From the NCBI GenBank assembly GCA_027483645.1, contig JAIXUD010000023.1:90639-154638 (forward strand): a DNA stretch of 64,000 nucleotides, given 5' to 3'. Origin of the DNA: Sphingobacteriales bacterium. GTDB lineage: Bacteria > Bacteroidota > Bacteroidia > Chitinophagales > CAIOSU01. The notes beneath the pieces are model-generated. The model made no database searches. It was not told where the DNA came from and worked only from the letters and a program-made list of their open reading frames with translations. Below are positions 47,443-56,496 of the stretch, piece by piece. The position numbers were made by a program, and so were the translations under genes. The number at the start of each line of letters is the position of its first letter. Position 1 is the stretch's first letter.

Positions 47443-48305
47443 CCGCGTTTTCTGAAGAATTTTAGCAGTGGCAAAATATGGTCTTCGTTTGTGGCTACGC
47501 TCACCACATCGGCGCCGGCACGTAGGAAGGTGCTACGCATGTACAGGCGGTTTTCCTCAAACCATTTGGCATATTGCGTTCTCGTATCGCGGCTACTGAA
47601 GTCCTCCCAGCGTATTTCTTTCGTTTCGGGGTCCACTACCCTTACCAAGCCAATCGGCGGTAGTTCTTTTTCCCAGGGGTCGTACACATGTATGCCGGCC
47701 ACATCGTGCCTGCGGCGGGCAATGCTCAGCGCATCCTCATAGCCACGGTCAATAAAGTCCGATAGCACAAATACGATGGCCTTTTTCTTCATTACGTTGT
47801 TCAAGTACCGCAGTGCCTCACCCAGGTTGGTACCGTTGCCCGTAGGCTCTAGCTCAATCAGTTCGCGTATGATGCGTAAAATGTGGCTGCGGCCTTTCTT
47901 CGGCGGTATGAACTTCTCTACCTTGTTGCTAAAGAAAATTACCCCCACCTTATCATTGTTGTTAATGGCCGAAAACGAAAGGATGGCACTTACCTCGGTA
48001 ATCAAGTCGCGCTTAAAGCGGGTGTTGCTGCCAAATAGCGCCGATTGGCTAATATCTACCACCAGCATAACCGTCAGCTCACGTTCTTCCTCAAATACTT
48101 TTACGTAGGGGTGGTTGAGGCGGGCGGTCACGTTCCAGTCTATGGTACGCACATCGTCTCCAAACTGGTACTCGCGCACCTCACTGAACGACATGCCCCT
48201 TCCCTTAAAGGCAGTATGGTACTCGCCCGAGAAGAGGTGGTTGCTCAGCCCCTTCGAGCGAATCTCGATCTTACGTACTTTTTTAAGGAGTTCTTTGGTT
48301 TCCAT
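47439..48305 (-). CDS. DUF58 domain protein (MoxR-associated)
   Basis: FKGRGMSFSEVREYQFGDDVRTIDWNVTAR, FEEERE, VDISQS. Confidence 0.92.
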   Translation of the reverse strand: METKELLKKVRKIEIRSKGLSNHLFSGEYHTAFKGRGMSFSEVREYQFGDDVRTIDWNVTARLNHPYVKVFEEERELTVMLVVDISQSALFGSNTRFKRDLITEVSAILSFSAINNNDKVGVIFFSNKVEKFIPPKKGRSHILRIIRELIELEPTGNGTNLGEALRYLNNVMKKKAIVFVLSDFIDRGYEDALSIARRRHDVAGIHVYDPWEKELPPIGLVRVVDPETKEIRWEDFSSRDTRTQYAKWFEENRLYMRSTFLRAGADVVSVATNEDHILPLLKFFRKRG

Positions 48306-48341
48306 TTTTAATAGTATTCTTCATTCATCCACAAACTAAGC

Positions 48342-48525
48342 CGTCATTGCGAAGGCCTACTTACTCTTGCATTGCCACGGCTCTCCAATGGCCTGAAGCA
48401 ATCCCCCTGCCACGGAGCAAGGTGTTCATAGACCTAGGTTTTATTAACTTCATCACCCTGCGCAAGGGATTGCCGCGTCATTTCATCCCTCCCTTAGGGT
48501 CGTGATTCCATTCCTCGCAATGACG
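48342..48525. mobile_element. Palindromic REP/MITE-like element with CGTCATTGCGA...TCGCAATGACG ends
   Basis: Perfect 11-bp terminal inverted repeats, internal GAAGCAATCCC / GGGATTGCCGCG arms; right end duplicated at 48543-48562. Confidence 0.75.
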
Positions 48526-48564
48526 TCCGTTTTTTGAATTTTGCAATGACGTCCGTTTTTGATT

Positions 48565-48620
48565 TTTCCATTCTCAAATGTTCAAATCAGCACATCAGCA
48601 CATTTCCACATAAGCACATT
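48565..48620. repeat. Degenerate octamer array (TTCAAAT./CAGCACAT) after the moxR stop
   Basis: TTCCATTCTCAAATGTTCAAATCAGCACATCAGCACATTTCCACATAAGCACATT; same family as 55081-55118. Confidence 0.7.
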
Positions 48621-48623
48621 AAA

Positions 48624-49625
48624 TTAGGGGACCTCCACCTTGTTCAATATCTCGCTTATAATCATTTCACTGGTGATGTTTTCGGCTTCGGCTTCGTAGG
48701 TGATGCCCACGCGGTGGCGCATTACATCGTAGCATACAGCTTTCACGTCTTCTGGTATTACATAGCCACGGCGCTTAATAAAGGCATAAGCCTTAGCGGC
48801 TAATGCCAAGTTGATACTTGCCCTTGGCGAACCACCGTAGCTGATAAGCGGTTTCAGCTTACTCAAGCCAAACTTATCTGGGTTGCGCGATGCGAACACA
48901 ATATCGAGAATGTAGTGCTCTATCTTTTCGTCCATATACACCAAGCGCACCAGTTCGCGGGCCTTCAATATCTCCTCTGGCGATACCACCGGGCGGATGT
49001 CAATTGGCACTTCGTTTACGTTCTGGCGCATAATCAAGCGCTCTTCTTCCTTGCTTGGGTAAGTTACCACCACCTTCAGCATAAAACGGTCTACCTGCGC
49101 TTCTGGCAGTGGGTAAGTACCTTCTTGCTCAATCGGGTTTTGGGTGGCCAGTACCAAAAAAGGCCGCTCCAGTGGGTAAGTGGTTTGCCCTATGGTTACT
49201 TGGCGCTCTTGCATGGCCTCCAGTAATGCGCTCTGCACCTTGGCTGGGGCACGGTTTATCTCATCCGCTAGCACAAAGTTGGCGAAGATGGGGCCGCGGC
49301 GGACGGTAAAGTCGTTCTTGGCCTGGTTGTATATCATGGTGCCTATCAAGTCGGCAGGCAATAAGTCGGGGGTGAACTGTATGCGGCTAAACTTCACATC
49401 AATGGCTTGGCTAAGCGACTTGATGGCGAGGGTTTTGGCTAGTCCGGGTACGCCCTCAAGCAAAATGTGGCCTTGGCCCAGCAGTGCCAGCAATAGGCGC
49501 TCCACCATGTACTTTTGGCCGATGATTGCTTTGCCCAACTCGGTTTGTATGAGGTCGATAAAAGCACTTTCGTTCTGTATCTTTTCGTTCAGTGCCCTAA
49601 TGTCGGTATGCGCGGTAGGTTCCAT
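48624..49625 (-). CDS. moxR: MoxR family AAA+ ATPase
   Basis: LLEGVPGLAKT, RIQFTPDLLPAD, LADEINRAPAKVQSALLEAMQE, ATQNPIEQEGTYPLPEAQVDRF. TAAATTTG -7 element at 49653-49660 (-). Confidence 0.95.
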   Translation of the reverse strand: MEPTAHTDIRALNEKIQNESAFIDLIQTELGKAIIGQKYMVERLLLALLGQGHILLEGVPGLAKTLAIKSLSQAIDVKFSRIQFTPDLLPADLIGTMIYNQAKNDFTVRRGPIFANFVLADEINRAPAKVQSALLEAMQERQVTIGQTTYPLERPFLVLATQNPIEQEGTYPLPEAQVDRFMLKVVVTYPSKEEERLIMRQNVNEVPIDIRPVVSPEEILKARELVRLVYMDEKIEHYILDIVFASRNPDKFGLSKLKPLISYGGSPRASINLALAAKAYAFIKRRGYVIPEDVKAVCYDVMRHRVGITYEAEAENITSEMIISEILNKVEVP

Positions 49626-49870
49626 GTGATAGCTTTGATAGAATTATATCTGCAAATTTAAAAGCCCAAAACGGTGCGGGCAGTTAAAAAGTGTTAAGGT
49701 AATATGTTGAAAAGCCTAAGTTAAATAAACAATAGCCGGAGCTATGCAAACGTACGCATTTGTTATAAACCGCGCGCGGAAAGTGTATAGCGGTTAGTGC
49801 AAGCAATAATATTGTTGGCTGATTTGTTCTACAAAAAAGACTATTTTAGATTTTGAAACAGAGAAGTGAC

Positions 49871-50137
49871 ATGAAAACTTTCGGCATCATTAGTTCCATC
49901 CTCCTTTGGGCCGTGGCCATATGGGCACTTGCACAACCCGTTAAAACCGACCTGCATACGGGCATTATCATCGTGGCTGCGGTAATTTTGGTGGTACATT
50001 TTATAGAAGTATCGTTCTTCTTTTGGCACCCTCGTATGAGGCGGCACCTCTCCGCTAAGAACGTAGGCCTTACCTTGCTAAGTGGGGTGCACCACTTTAT
50101 GCCGCTGTACAAGGGTACGGCTGAAGAGCTGCCTTAA
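49871..50137 (+). CDS. Small membrane protein, DUF1145/YhhL-like
   Basis: Hydrophobic helices with H..E (VHFIE) and LLSGVHH motifs. Confidence 0.55.
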   Translation: MKTFGIISSILLWAVAIWALAQPVKTDLHTGIIIVAAVILVVHFIEVSFFFWHPRMRRHLSAKNVGLTLLSGVHHFMPLYKGTAEELP

Positions 50138-50182
50138 TAGATGGTTTTCTAATTCCTAAAACCTAGTTTCTACTTCCTCCCT

Positions 50183-50980
50183 TCAAACTGTAGGGTCAAT
50201 CAGGTGGTCCATTAGTTTCTCGGTGCTGTCTTGCTCACGGGCGCCCACCAAATCATCAAAAGCTACATAAATGGCTGCATATGTAGCGGGTATGGTAATT
50301 AGTAGTCCTATCAGTACCATTAACATGCCGGCCAGGTTAACCAAAAGGATGAATAAAATAAACAGAATCCAATGTCCGAAGTGCTTTGCTACCAACTTAC
50401 GGCTAGCTTCCATGGCTTGCCAAGGCCCGAGAGATTTGAAGCGAACCATAGGTATGGCAAACATGTACACGATACCTACAAGCAATACCAGTAAAATGCC
50501 ACCAAATATCATCAGCATATAGGTGCCAGAAACGTTCATGGTTTCTACATCCAAGTTATCGCTATTGCCATTAAGCACTTCCTGCATATTCTCTGGGCCT
50601 AACATTTGGTAGTAGCCATAACCTACAAGAACTAGGGGTAAAGCCATTACCAAAAATATAAGCAAAGTTGTAACCACTACCTGAAGAAAATTTTCCCTAA
50701 ATCCTTTGAAGAAGTTATCAAGGCTAATGTCTTCTAAATAGTTAATCTTATCGGCAACAATGTAAATGCCCAGTACTAATAGCGGCTGGAAAACAAGATT
50801 GTAAATAATATCGCCCGCAATAGGTATTAACCCTAAAACAAAACTGAAACCCATAATCATTAACATAGCTGCAATAAAATGCCAAGGCTTTTTAAAAACG
50901 ATATTAAAGCCCTGACTAAAGTAATCGGTAACGCGGGGTTTTGGGCTGTTTGATATAGATTGTTGGATAGGTTCGTACAT
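50183..50980 (-). CDS. Integral membrane protein (multi-TM, uncharacterised)
   Basis: FFKGFRENFLQ, WQAMEASRKLV, GLLITIP patterns; about 5 TMs. TATATTTG -7 element at 51042-51049 (-). Confidence 0.75.
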   Translation of the reverse strand: MYEPIQQSISNSPKPRVTDYFSQGFNIVFKKPWHFIAAMLMIMGFSFVLGLIPIAGDIIYNLVFQPLLVLGIYIVADKINYLEDISLDNFFKGFRENFLQVVVTTLLIFLVMALPLVLVGYGYYQMLGPENMQEVLNGNSDNLDVETMNVSGTYMLMIFGGILLVLLVGIVYMFAIPMVRFKSLGPWQAMEASRKLVAKHFGHWILFILFILLVNLAGMLMVLIGLLITIPATYAAIYVAFDDLVGAREQDSTEKLMDHLIDPTV

Positions 50981-51120
50981 AGGTTTATGTTATTTGGTGC
51001 TGTAAAGTTACTGCTAGAAATCAGCAATTGAATACTAGTGGCAAATATAGCCGACCAACTTCAATTATTTATCGACCCATTTTAATCCGCAATTCCATAA
51101 TTAATGGTTGCCTTTACTTC

Positions 51121-51164
51121 TTAACTAAAGTCAATGGATGGCAGTGGGCACCGAGATAACTTTG
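51121..51164 (+). promoter_or_regulatory. Crp/Fnr-type palindrome TTAAC-N4-GTCAA plus TAACTTTG -7 element
   Basis: TTAACTAAAGTCAA at 51121-51134, 22-bp gap, TAACTTTG at 51157-51164, upstream of ATG 51189. Confidence 0.55.
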
Positions 51165-51188
51165 CCTCATCATTAAACCAATTAAGTT

Positions 51189-52163
51189 ATGAATGCCAAC
51201 CACACTATGCAAGCAGCGGTATATGAACAGTATGGCCCGCCAGAAGTATTACACCTGCGCCAGATAGCCAAACCCTTACCCAAGCCCAACGAGGTTTTGA
51301 TAAAAATACATGCCACCACGGTAACCAGCGGCGACTGGCGCATGCGCCAAGCCGACCCATATATTGTTAGGTTGTTTGCAGGTCTTTTCAAGCCCCACAA
51401 CCCTATACTAGGACATGAATTGGCTGGGGAGATTGAGGCTATTGGTGCCGAGGTAACCAACTTTAAGGTTGGGGATGCCGTTTTTGCATCTACCAAATTG
51501 CAGTCTGGCACTTATGCGGAGTATATATGTATGGATGAAGGTGCGGCTCTAGCCATTATACCCGCCAACACCAGCTACCCAGAAGCGGCGGCTGTGCCCG
51601 TGGGGGGGCTTACCGTGCTGCACTTTTTAAGGGAAGCCCATATAACGTGGGGCCAAGCAGTGCTGGTGTATGGGGCCTCGGGCAGCTTGGGTACATATGC
51701 GGTGCAGTTGGCTAAGTACTACGGCGCCACGGTAACAGCAGTGTGTAGCACTAGTAATATGGCCATGGTACAAGCGCTAGGGGCTGATGAGGTGCTTGAC
51801 TACACGCAAACCGACTTCACCCAAATAGGCCAGCGGTTTGATGTAGTGATGGATGCTGTAGGCTTAACCACTTACCGCCAATGCCAGCAATTGATTTACC
51901 CAAAGGGAAGCTATATTAATGTGGGCTGGGGGTTTGGGCTGATGATGTATAAACTGCTGAATGCCCTAATGGGGAAGCCCCGCATTATTATAGGCATGAG
52001 TAAAGACAATGCAGCCGACCTCCGTTTTTTGGCGCAAATGCTAACAGACGGACATCTTAAAGCCGCTATCGACCGCCACTATTCTTTGGCCGAAATGGTG
52101 GAGGCGCACCGATATGTGCAAGCAGGCCATAAAAAGGGTAATGTGGTTATTGATGTGCGGTAA
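51189..52163 (+). CDS. NAD(P)-dependent MDR-family (quinone-reductase-like) oxidoreductase
   Basis: YGPPEVL, LGHELAGEIEAIG, YGASGSLG, AHRYV..GHKKGNVVI. Confidence 0.9.
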   Translation: MNANHTMQAAVYEQYGPPEVLHLRQIAKPLPKPNEVLIKIHATTVTSGDWRMRQADPYIVRLFAGLFKPHNPILGHELAGEIEAIGAEVTNFKVGDAVFASTKLQSGTYAEYICMDEGAALAIIPANTSYPEAAAVPVGGLTVLHFLREAHITWGQAVLVYGASGSLGTYAVQLAKYYGATVTAVCSTSNMAMVQALGADEVLDYTQTDFTQIGQRFDVVMDAVGLTTYRQCQQLIYPKGSYINVGWGFGLMMYKLLNALMGKPRIIIGMSKDNAADLRFLAQMLTDGHLKAAIDRHYSLAEMVEAHRYVQAGHKKGNVVIDVR

Positions 52164-52742
52164 TTACTGCTTCTGCATTACCCGTTTCCTTATCCGGCTT
52201 AGCGATTCGGGTTTGATGCCCAAGTAACTGGCTAGATGGTATTGTGGCACCCGGTTCAGCAGGTCGGGGCTGGTTTCCAGCAAATGCAGGTACCGCTCTT
52301 CGGGCGATGAGGTCATGTACCGCGCCATCATTTCCTGGTGCTGGCCATACTGCACCTCCACTCCAACGCGGCACATGCGCTCAAACTCGGGGTAGCGCTG
52401 GAACATCAGTAATTCCTTTTCGTAGGTAAGCACGGCCAGCGTGGTCTCTTCCACACATTCTAGGTAGTGGTCGGCAGGGGTTTTGGTATTGTAGCTAAGC
52501 AATGACGCCACTGCTTGGTTTTCGGTATAGAAGGCCGTGGTGCGCTCTTCGCCATCTACCAGATAGTACCGCCTTACCAGGCCCTTAAAGTTCATATAGC
52601 ACTCGGTAGCTACCTGCCCCGCCCGAAGCAATACAGTGCCCTTGGGGTAAGTGCGCACCGGCATGCACTCGGCAATAAAGGCCGCTTCCTCTTCGGTAAC
52701 GTTCATGTTCTCGGCCAAAAACTGCGACATTATTTCTTCCAT
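52164..52742 (-). CDS. Crp/Fnr family transcriptional regulator
   Basis: cNMP-binding-like N-terminus (KG.VLLRAG, GLVRRYYLVDGEE), PEERY..L, VPQYHLASYLGIKPESLSRIRKR HTH. Confidence 0.92.
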   Translation of the reverse strand: MEEIMSQFLAENMNVTEEEAAFIAECMPVRTYPKGTVLLRAGQVATECYMNFKGLVRRYYLVDGEERTTAFYTENQAVASLLSYNTKTPADHYLECVEETTLAVLTYEKELLMFQRYPEFERMCRVGVEVQYGQHQEMMARYMTSSPEERYLHLLETSPDLLNRVPQYHLASYLGIKPESLSRIRKRVMQKQ

Positions 52743-52868
52743 GGCTGGCGGGTTTGGGGAGTTAATTTAATTATAATTATTGGGTTGGTGAGGTGTTGTG
52801 CCGTTTATTCGCAACGAATGCAACACCATTGGATTCTAATTCCTGATTACTTTCTCCTCGTTCTAAAC

Positions 52869-54974
52869 CTAAGAAATTATGCTCCAATCCTGCGAGTGTT
52901 TATAGTGGCTGGCTAGGTATTGGCGGAAGGGGAGGTTCTCGGGCTTTTGCAGTTTTGGGTCGTCGGTAAGTAGTTGGGTGGCGGCGTTTCGGGCCTCTTG
53001 CAGTATGTTTTGGTCTTTACCAATGTCGGCCAGTTTCAGCTCGAGCAGGCCGCTTTGCTGGGTACCTTCTAGGTCGCCCGGGCCGCGCAGCTTTAAGTCC
53101 ACCTCGCTGATTACGAAGCCGTCATTGGTTTCAACCATCGTGTTGGTGCGTATGCGGGCATCGGTGCTAAGCTTGTTACCCGTCATCAGTATGCAGTAAC
53201 TTTGCTCCGCACCGCGGCCAACGCGCCCACGCAACTGGTGCAGTTGTGAGAGGCCGAAACGCTCCGCGCTTTCCACAATCATTACGCTGGCATTGGGCAC
53301 GTTTACACCCACTTCTATTACGGTAGTAGCCACCATAATGTTGGTTTCGCCGCGGGCGAAACGCTGCATCTCTATATCCTTATCAACCGATTTCATTTGC
53401 CCGTGCACTACACTAACCTTGTACTGCGGTAGCGGGAACGCGCGGCTTATGGACTCATAACCTTCCATTAGGTTTTGGTAGTCCAGCTTTTCGTTCTCCT
53501 TTATCATCGGGTACACTATGTACACCTGCCTACCGAGCTCAATCTGTTGCTTCATAAACCCAAACAGCGCTAAACGCTTTGATTCGAAATAGTGCAGTGT
53601 CTTAATCGGCTTGCGCCCCGGCGGAAGCTCATCGATAACGGAGATATCCAAATCGCCATACAACGTCATGGCTAGGGTTCGCGGTATTGGCGTGGCCGTC
53701 ATTACCAATATGTGCGGCGGGCGCTCGTTCTTTTCCCAAAGTGCTGCCCTTTGCGCCACACCGAAACGGTGCTGCTCGTCAATCACCACGAAACCGATAT
53801 TAGCAAACTGCACGGTTTCTTCAATCAAAGCATGCGTGCCAATGAGGATGTCGATTTTGCCTTCCTTCAAGTTCTCCAGTATTAACCGGCGCTCCTTGCC
53901 TTTTACTGAGCCAGTAAGTAAATCCACCCTTACGCCTATATCGCCTAAGTAATCGGTAAGGGTATTGAAGTGTTGCTGCGCCAATATCTCCGTAGGTGCC
54001 ATCAATGCCGCTTGAAAGCCATTATCAATCGCCATCAGCATTGCCATGAGCGCCACGATGGTTTTGCCGCTGCCCACATCGCCCTGCACCAGGCGGTTCA
54101 TCTGCTTACCGGTGAGCACATCGCGGCGAATTTCTTTCACTACCCGCTTTTGTGCTTCCGTTAGTTCAAAGCGCAGGTAGCTCTTGTAGTATTTATCGAA
54201 GTAGTGGTCAATCTTTTCTAGTATATACCCGCCGCGCTGGGTTTGGCGGTGGTTTTTGAGGCCCAGCAGCTTTACCTGTATGGTAAAAAACTCCTCGAAC
54301 TTCAGCCTTTTCAACGCCCTATCCAAGCTCTGGTTATCTGCCGGGAAGTGGATGTTCTTCATAGCCTCGTAGCGGCTAATGAACCGGTACTGCTGTACGA
54401 TGGTAGGCGGCAATATCTCTGGTATATCTTGAGGCTGCATGCCTTCCAGTAATACTTTTACCAGTTTGCCCAGGCTCTTGTTGTCGTAGCCCTTCATCTT
54501 CACCTTTTCGCTGGTATTGTACATAGGCTGATAGCCTGTGAGCTTATCAGGGGCTATTTGCGTTACCAGCTCCATTTCGGGGTGGGCAATGTTGTATTTG
54601 CCGTTAAAGGCTGTTGGTTTTCCGAACACTACGTACTCCTGCCCAGGCTTTAAGGCTTTGGCTACCCACTCCGCACCTTGAAACCACACCAGCTCCAACA
54701 CCCCCGTATCGTCGCGAAGGCCGCTTACCAAGCGCTTGCTGCGGCCGGCACCTAGCATTTCCATGCCGGTTAAGGTGCCTTTTAGCTGTATGTATTGTTG
54801 CTCAGGGTCAATCTCGTTTACCTTGTAAAACTTAGTGCGGTCAATATATCGGTAAGGATAGTACCGCAGCAGGTCGTCGTAACTGAATATAGACAGTTCT
54901 TTCTTGAGCAAGTCGCCCTTCTGGGGGCCCACGCCTTTTAGGTATTCAATAGGGTTGCTTAGGTAGCGGCTCAC
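52869..54974 (-). CDS. recG: ATP-dependent DNA helicase RecG
   Basis: LKGVGP, QGDVGSGKT, IDEQHRFGV, MTATPIPRTL, QLRGRVGRG; GTG start. Confidence 0.97.
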   Translation of the reverse strand: MSRYLSNPIEYLKGVGPQKGDLLKKELSIFSYDDLLRYYPYRYIDRTKFYKVNEIDPEQQYIQLKGTLTGMEMLGAGRSKRLVSGLRDDTGVLELVWFQGAEWVAKALKPGQEYVVFGKPTAFNGKYNIAHPEMELVTQIAPDKLTGYQPMYNTSEKVKMKGYDNKSLGKLVKVLLEGMQPQDIPEILPPTIVQQYRFISRYEAMKNIHFPADNQSLDRALKRLKFEEFFTIQVKLLGLKNHRQTQRGGYILEKIDHYFDKYYKSYLRFELTEAQKRVVKEIRRDVLTGKQMNRLVQGDVGSGKTIVALMAMLMAIDNGFQAALMAPTEILAQQHFNTLTDYLGDIGVRVDLLTGSVKGKERRLILENLKEGKIDILIGTHALIEETVQFANIGFVVIDEQHRFGVAQRAALWEKNERPPHILVMTATPIPRTLAMTLYGDLDISVIDELPPGRKPIKTLHYFESKRLALFGFMKQQIELGRQVYIVYPMIKENEKLDYQNLMEGYESISRAFPLPQYKVSVVHGQMKSVDKDIEMQRFARGETNIMVATTVIEVGVNVPNASVMIVESAERFGLSQLHQLRGRVGRGAEQSYCILMTGNKLSTDARIRTNTMVETNDGFVISEVDLKLRGPGDLEGTQQSGLLELKLADIGKDQNILQEARNAATQLLTDDPKLQKPENLPFRQYLASHYKHSQDWSIIS

Positions 54975-54992
54975 GATTGTAGCAAAGGTAGG

Positions 54993-55118
54993 TAATTTGA
55001 AAATTTGGGAATTTGAAAATTTGAAAATGGAATGTTAAGCAAGTGACTTCAAAAATGGAGACCTTTACACTACGGTCTTTCCATTTTCAAATTAGCACAT
55101 CTTCAAATTTTCAAATTA
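54993..55118. repeat. Inverted pair of octamer arrays (AATTTGAA / TTCAAATT)
   Basis: TAATTTGAAAATTTGGGAATTTGAAAATTTGAAAATGG ... CCATTTTCAAATTAGCACATCTTCAAATTTTCAAATTA in the divergent recG intergenic region. Confidence 0.8.
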
Positions 55119-55120
55119 AA

Positions 55121-55774
55121 ATGCTTACTCCCATACCCCGCGCCGAAATATTCCAAGCCAATCAGTTCGTAGATAACTTTATCGCTGATATGCAGGCCAG
55201 CTACGCCCAGTATATTGATAAAACCGTACCGCGAGAAGGCAAAATGCTGGCAGAGTATTACGACCACCTAGAGCCTTTGGCCCCATTTGATGAGCCTGTT
55301 GCGGGGCATTGCGTGTTGGCTTATGACGCCGAAAGCAAAAAGGACTATGTGGAGAAATTGCCGCTAGTGCTGCAACAGTTTTATGGCGTACTGGGCATTA
55401 CGCAGCTCTATTTGATGGACTTTAACAAAACATCGTTGCTCGATTTCCCTTATGAGAGCTTTAAGAAGCAAAACGAGTTTAAGCGCTTGGCCAAAGGAAA
55501 TGCAAAAGGGATGGGGTATGTATTAGAGGTTGCTGACTTGCCTAAAATAATGCCACTGTTTTTCTTTTCGAAACGATATGACACTCCGGTAATATTCTTC
55601 CTCACCGCTGAAGGCGATGTGCCGCTCAGCATACGCATGTGCGACGATGGAAACCTACACTTGAATTTTGAAGAAGAGTACGACGAAGTGATACAAGAAG
55701 CAGCAGAAAATGCTGGGTTTTGCATCGGCGATCTGGAACTGTGCACCGTTCACCGTGTGCATGAATTGAAGTGA
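55121..55774 (+). CDS. Hypothetical cytoplasmic protein
   Basis: 217-aa ORF from ATG 55121 with normal composition. The upstream extension in the ORF track is translated repeat. Confidence 0.7.
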   Translation: MLTPIPRAEIFQANQFVDNFIADMQASYAQYIDKTVPREGKMLAEYYDHLEPLAPFDEPVAGHCVLAYDAESKKDYVEKLPLVLQQFYGVLGITQLYLMDFNKTSLLDFPYESFKKQNEFKRLAKGNAKGMGYVLEVADLPKIMPLFFFSKRYDTPVIFFLTAEGDVPLSIRMCDDGNLHLNFEEEYDEVIQEAAENAGFCIGDLELCTVHRVHELK

Positions 55775-55824
55775 TAGTAGTTAACTTCTTAAATAACCCA
55801 TCAACCAGTCAACCATTTTTTTGC

Positions 55825-55852
55825 CGTGGTCCGTGGTCTGTCGTCCGTGGTC
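55825..55852. repeat. Heptamer tandem array (CGTGGTC)x4, degenerate
   Basis: CGTGGTC CGTGGTC TGTCGTC CGTGGTC immediately downstream of the stop at 55855. Confidence 0.85.
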
Positions 55853-55854
55853 TA

Positions 55855-56343
55855 TTAAAACACCACTGCACAGCCCGCGCTCAGTAGGCATACGCCAATG
55901 AACAAGCCAACCAGATAAAAGGTATTGCGGTACATACTTACGTTCTCTTCCAGCTTTTTGTGACGTAAAATGATTTGTACCATAGCGTTTAATCTGTCAA
56001 GGTTAGTTTCTGTTTTCAGCACAAAATCAAATGGCGCCAATGCGGCTACCTGTTGTGCTGTTTGTAAAGTATCATCTGATGATATGACGATGCAATCTAT
56101 GCTGGGGTAATTGGCTTTGATGTGTTTGAGCAAATCGAGCCCACTCATTACCGGGCGGTAAAGACTCTCCAAATGCATGTCGATGATAACTACATCGGGT
56201 TCGCTTTCCATTACATTAATGCAATCCTCGGCACTATAGAAAGGAAATACAATAGTGCTAGGGTTGGTTTCCAAAGCTTCTTCCAGCATACAGCGATAGC
56301 GCGAATCGCTATCAACAATAAAGATTTTATGCGTTGTGGCCAT
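55855..56343 (-). CDS. Response-regulator receiver domain with C-terminal transmembrane helix
   Basis: IFIVDSD, PDVVIID (phospho-Asp), SGLDLL, VISS, FVLK; C-terminal FYLVGLFIGVCLLSAGCAVVF. Confidence 0.8.
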   Translation of the reverse strand: MATTHKIFIVDSDSRYRCMLEEALETNPSTIVFPFYSAEDCINVMESEPDVVIIDMHLESLYRPVMSGLDLLKHIKANYPSIDCIVISSDDTLQTAQQVAALAPFDFVLKTETNLDRLNAMVQIILRHKKLEENVSMYRNTFYLVGLFIGVCLLSAGCAVVF

Positions 56344-56496
56344 ACCAACTTAGTTTAAGTTAAAGAATCGCATTAGGTGATTTTACGTATCTTTTAAGTT
56401 AAGGTTACAATTTGGTAATGATGCTGATGTGAATACGGTGTTGTACAAATGTTACCTTCCTCATTATAAACGGAATTTTGTAACTTTAAAATATCT

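Noticed and set aside
41045..49625. moxR-DUF58-batABCDE cluster as a novel system
   Set aside because: This is the known Bacteroides aerotolerance (Bat) MoxR/vWA operon; only its repeat insertions are unusual.
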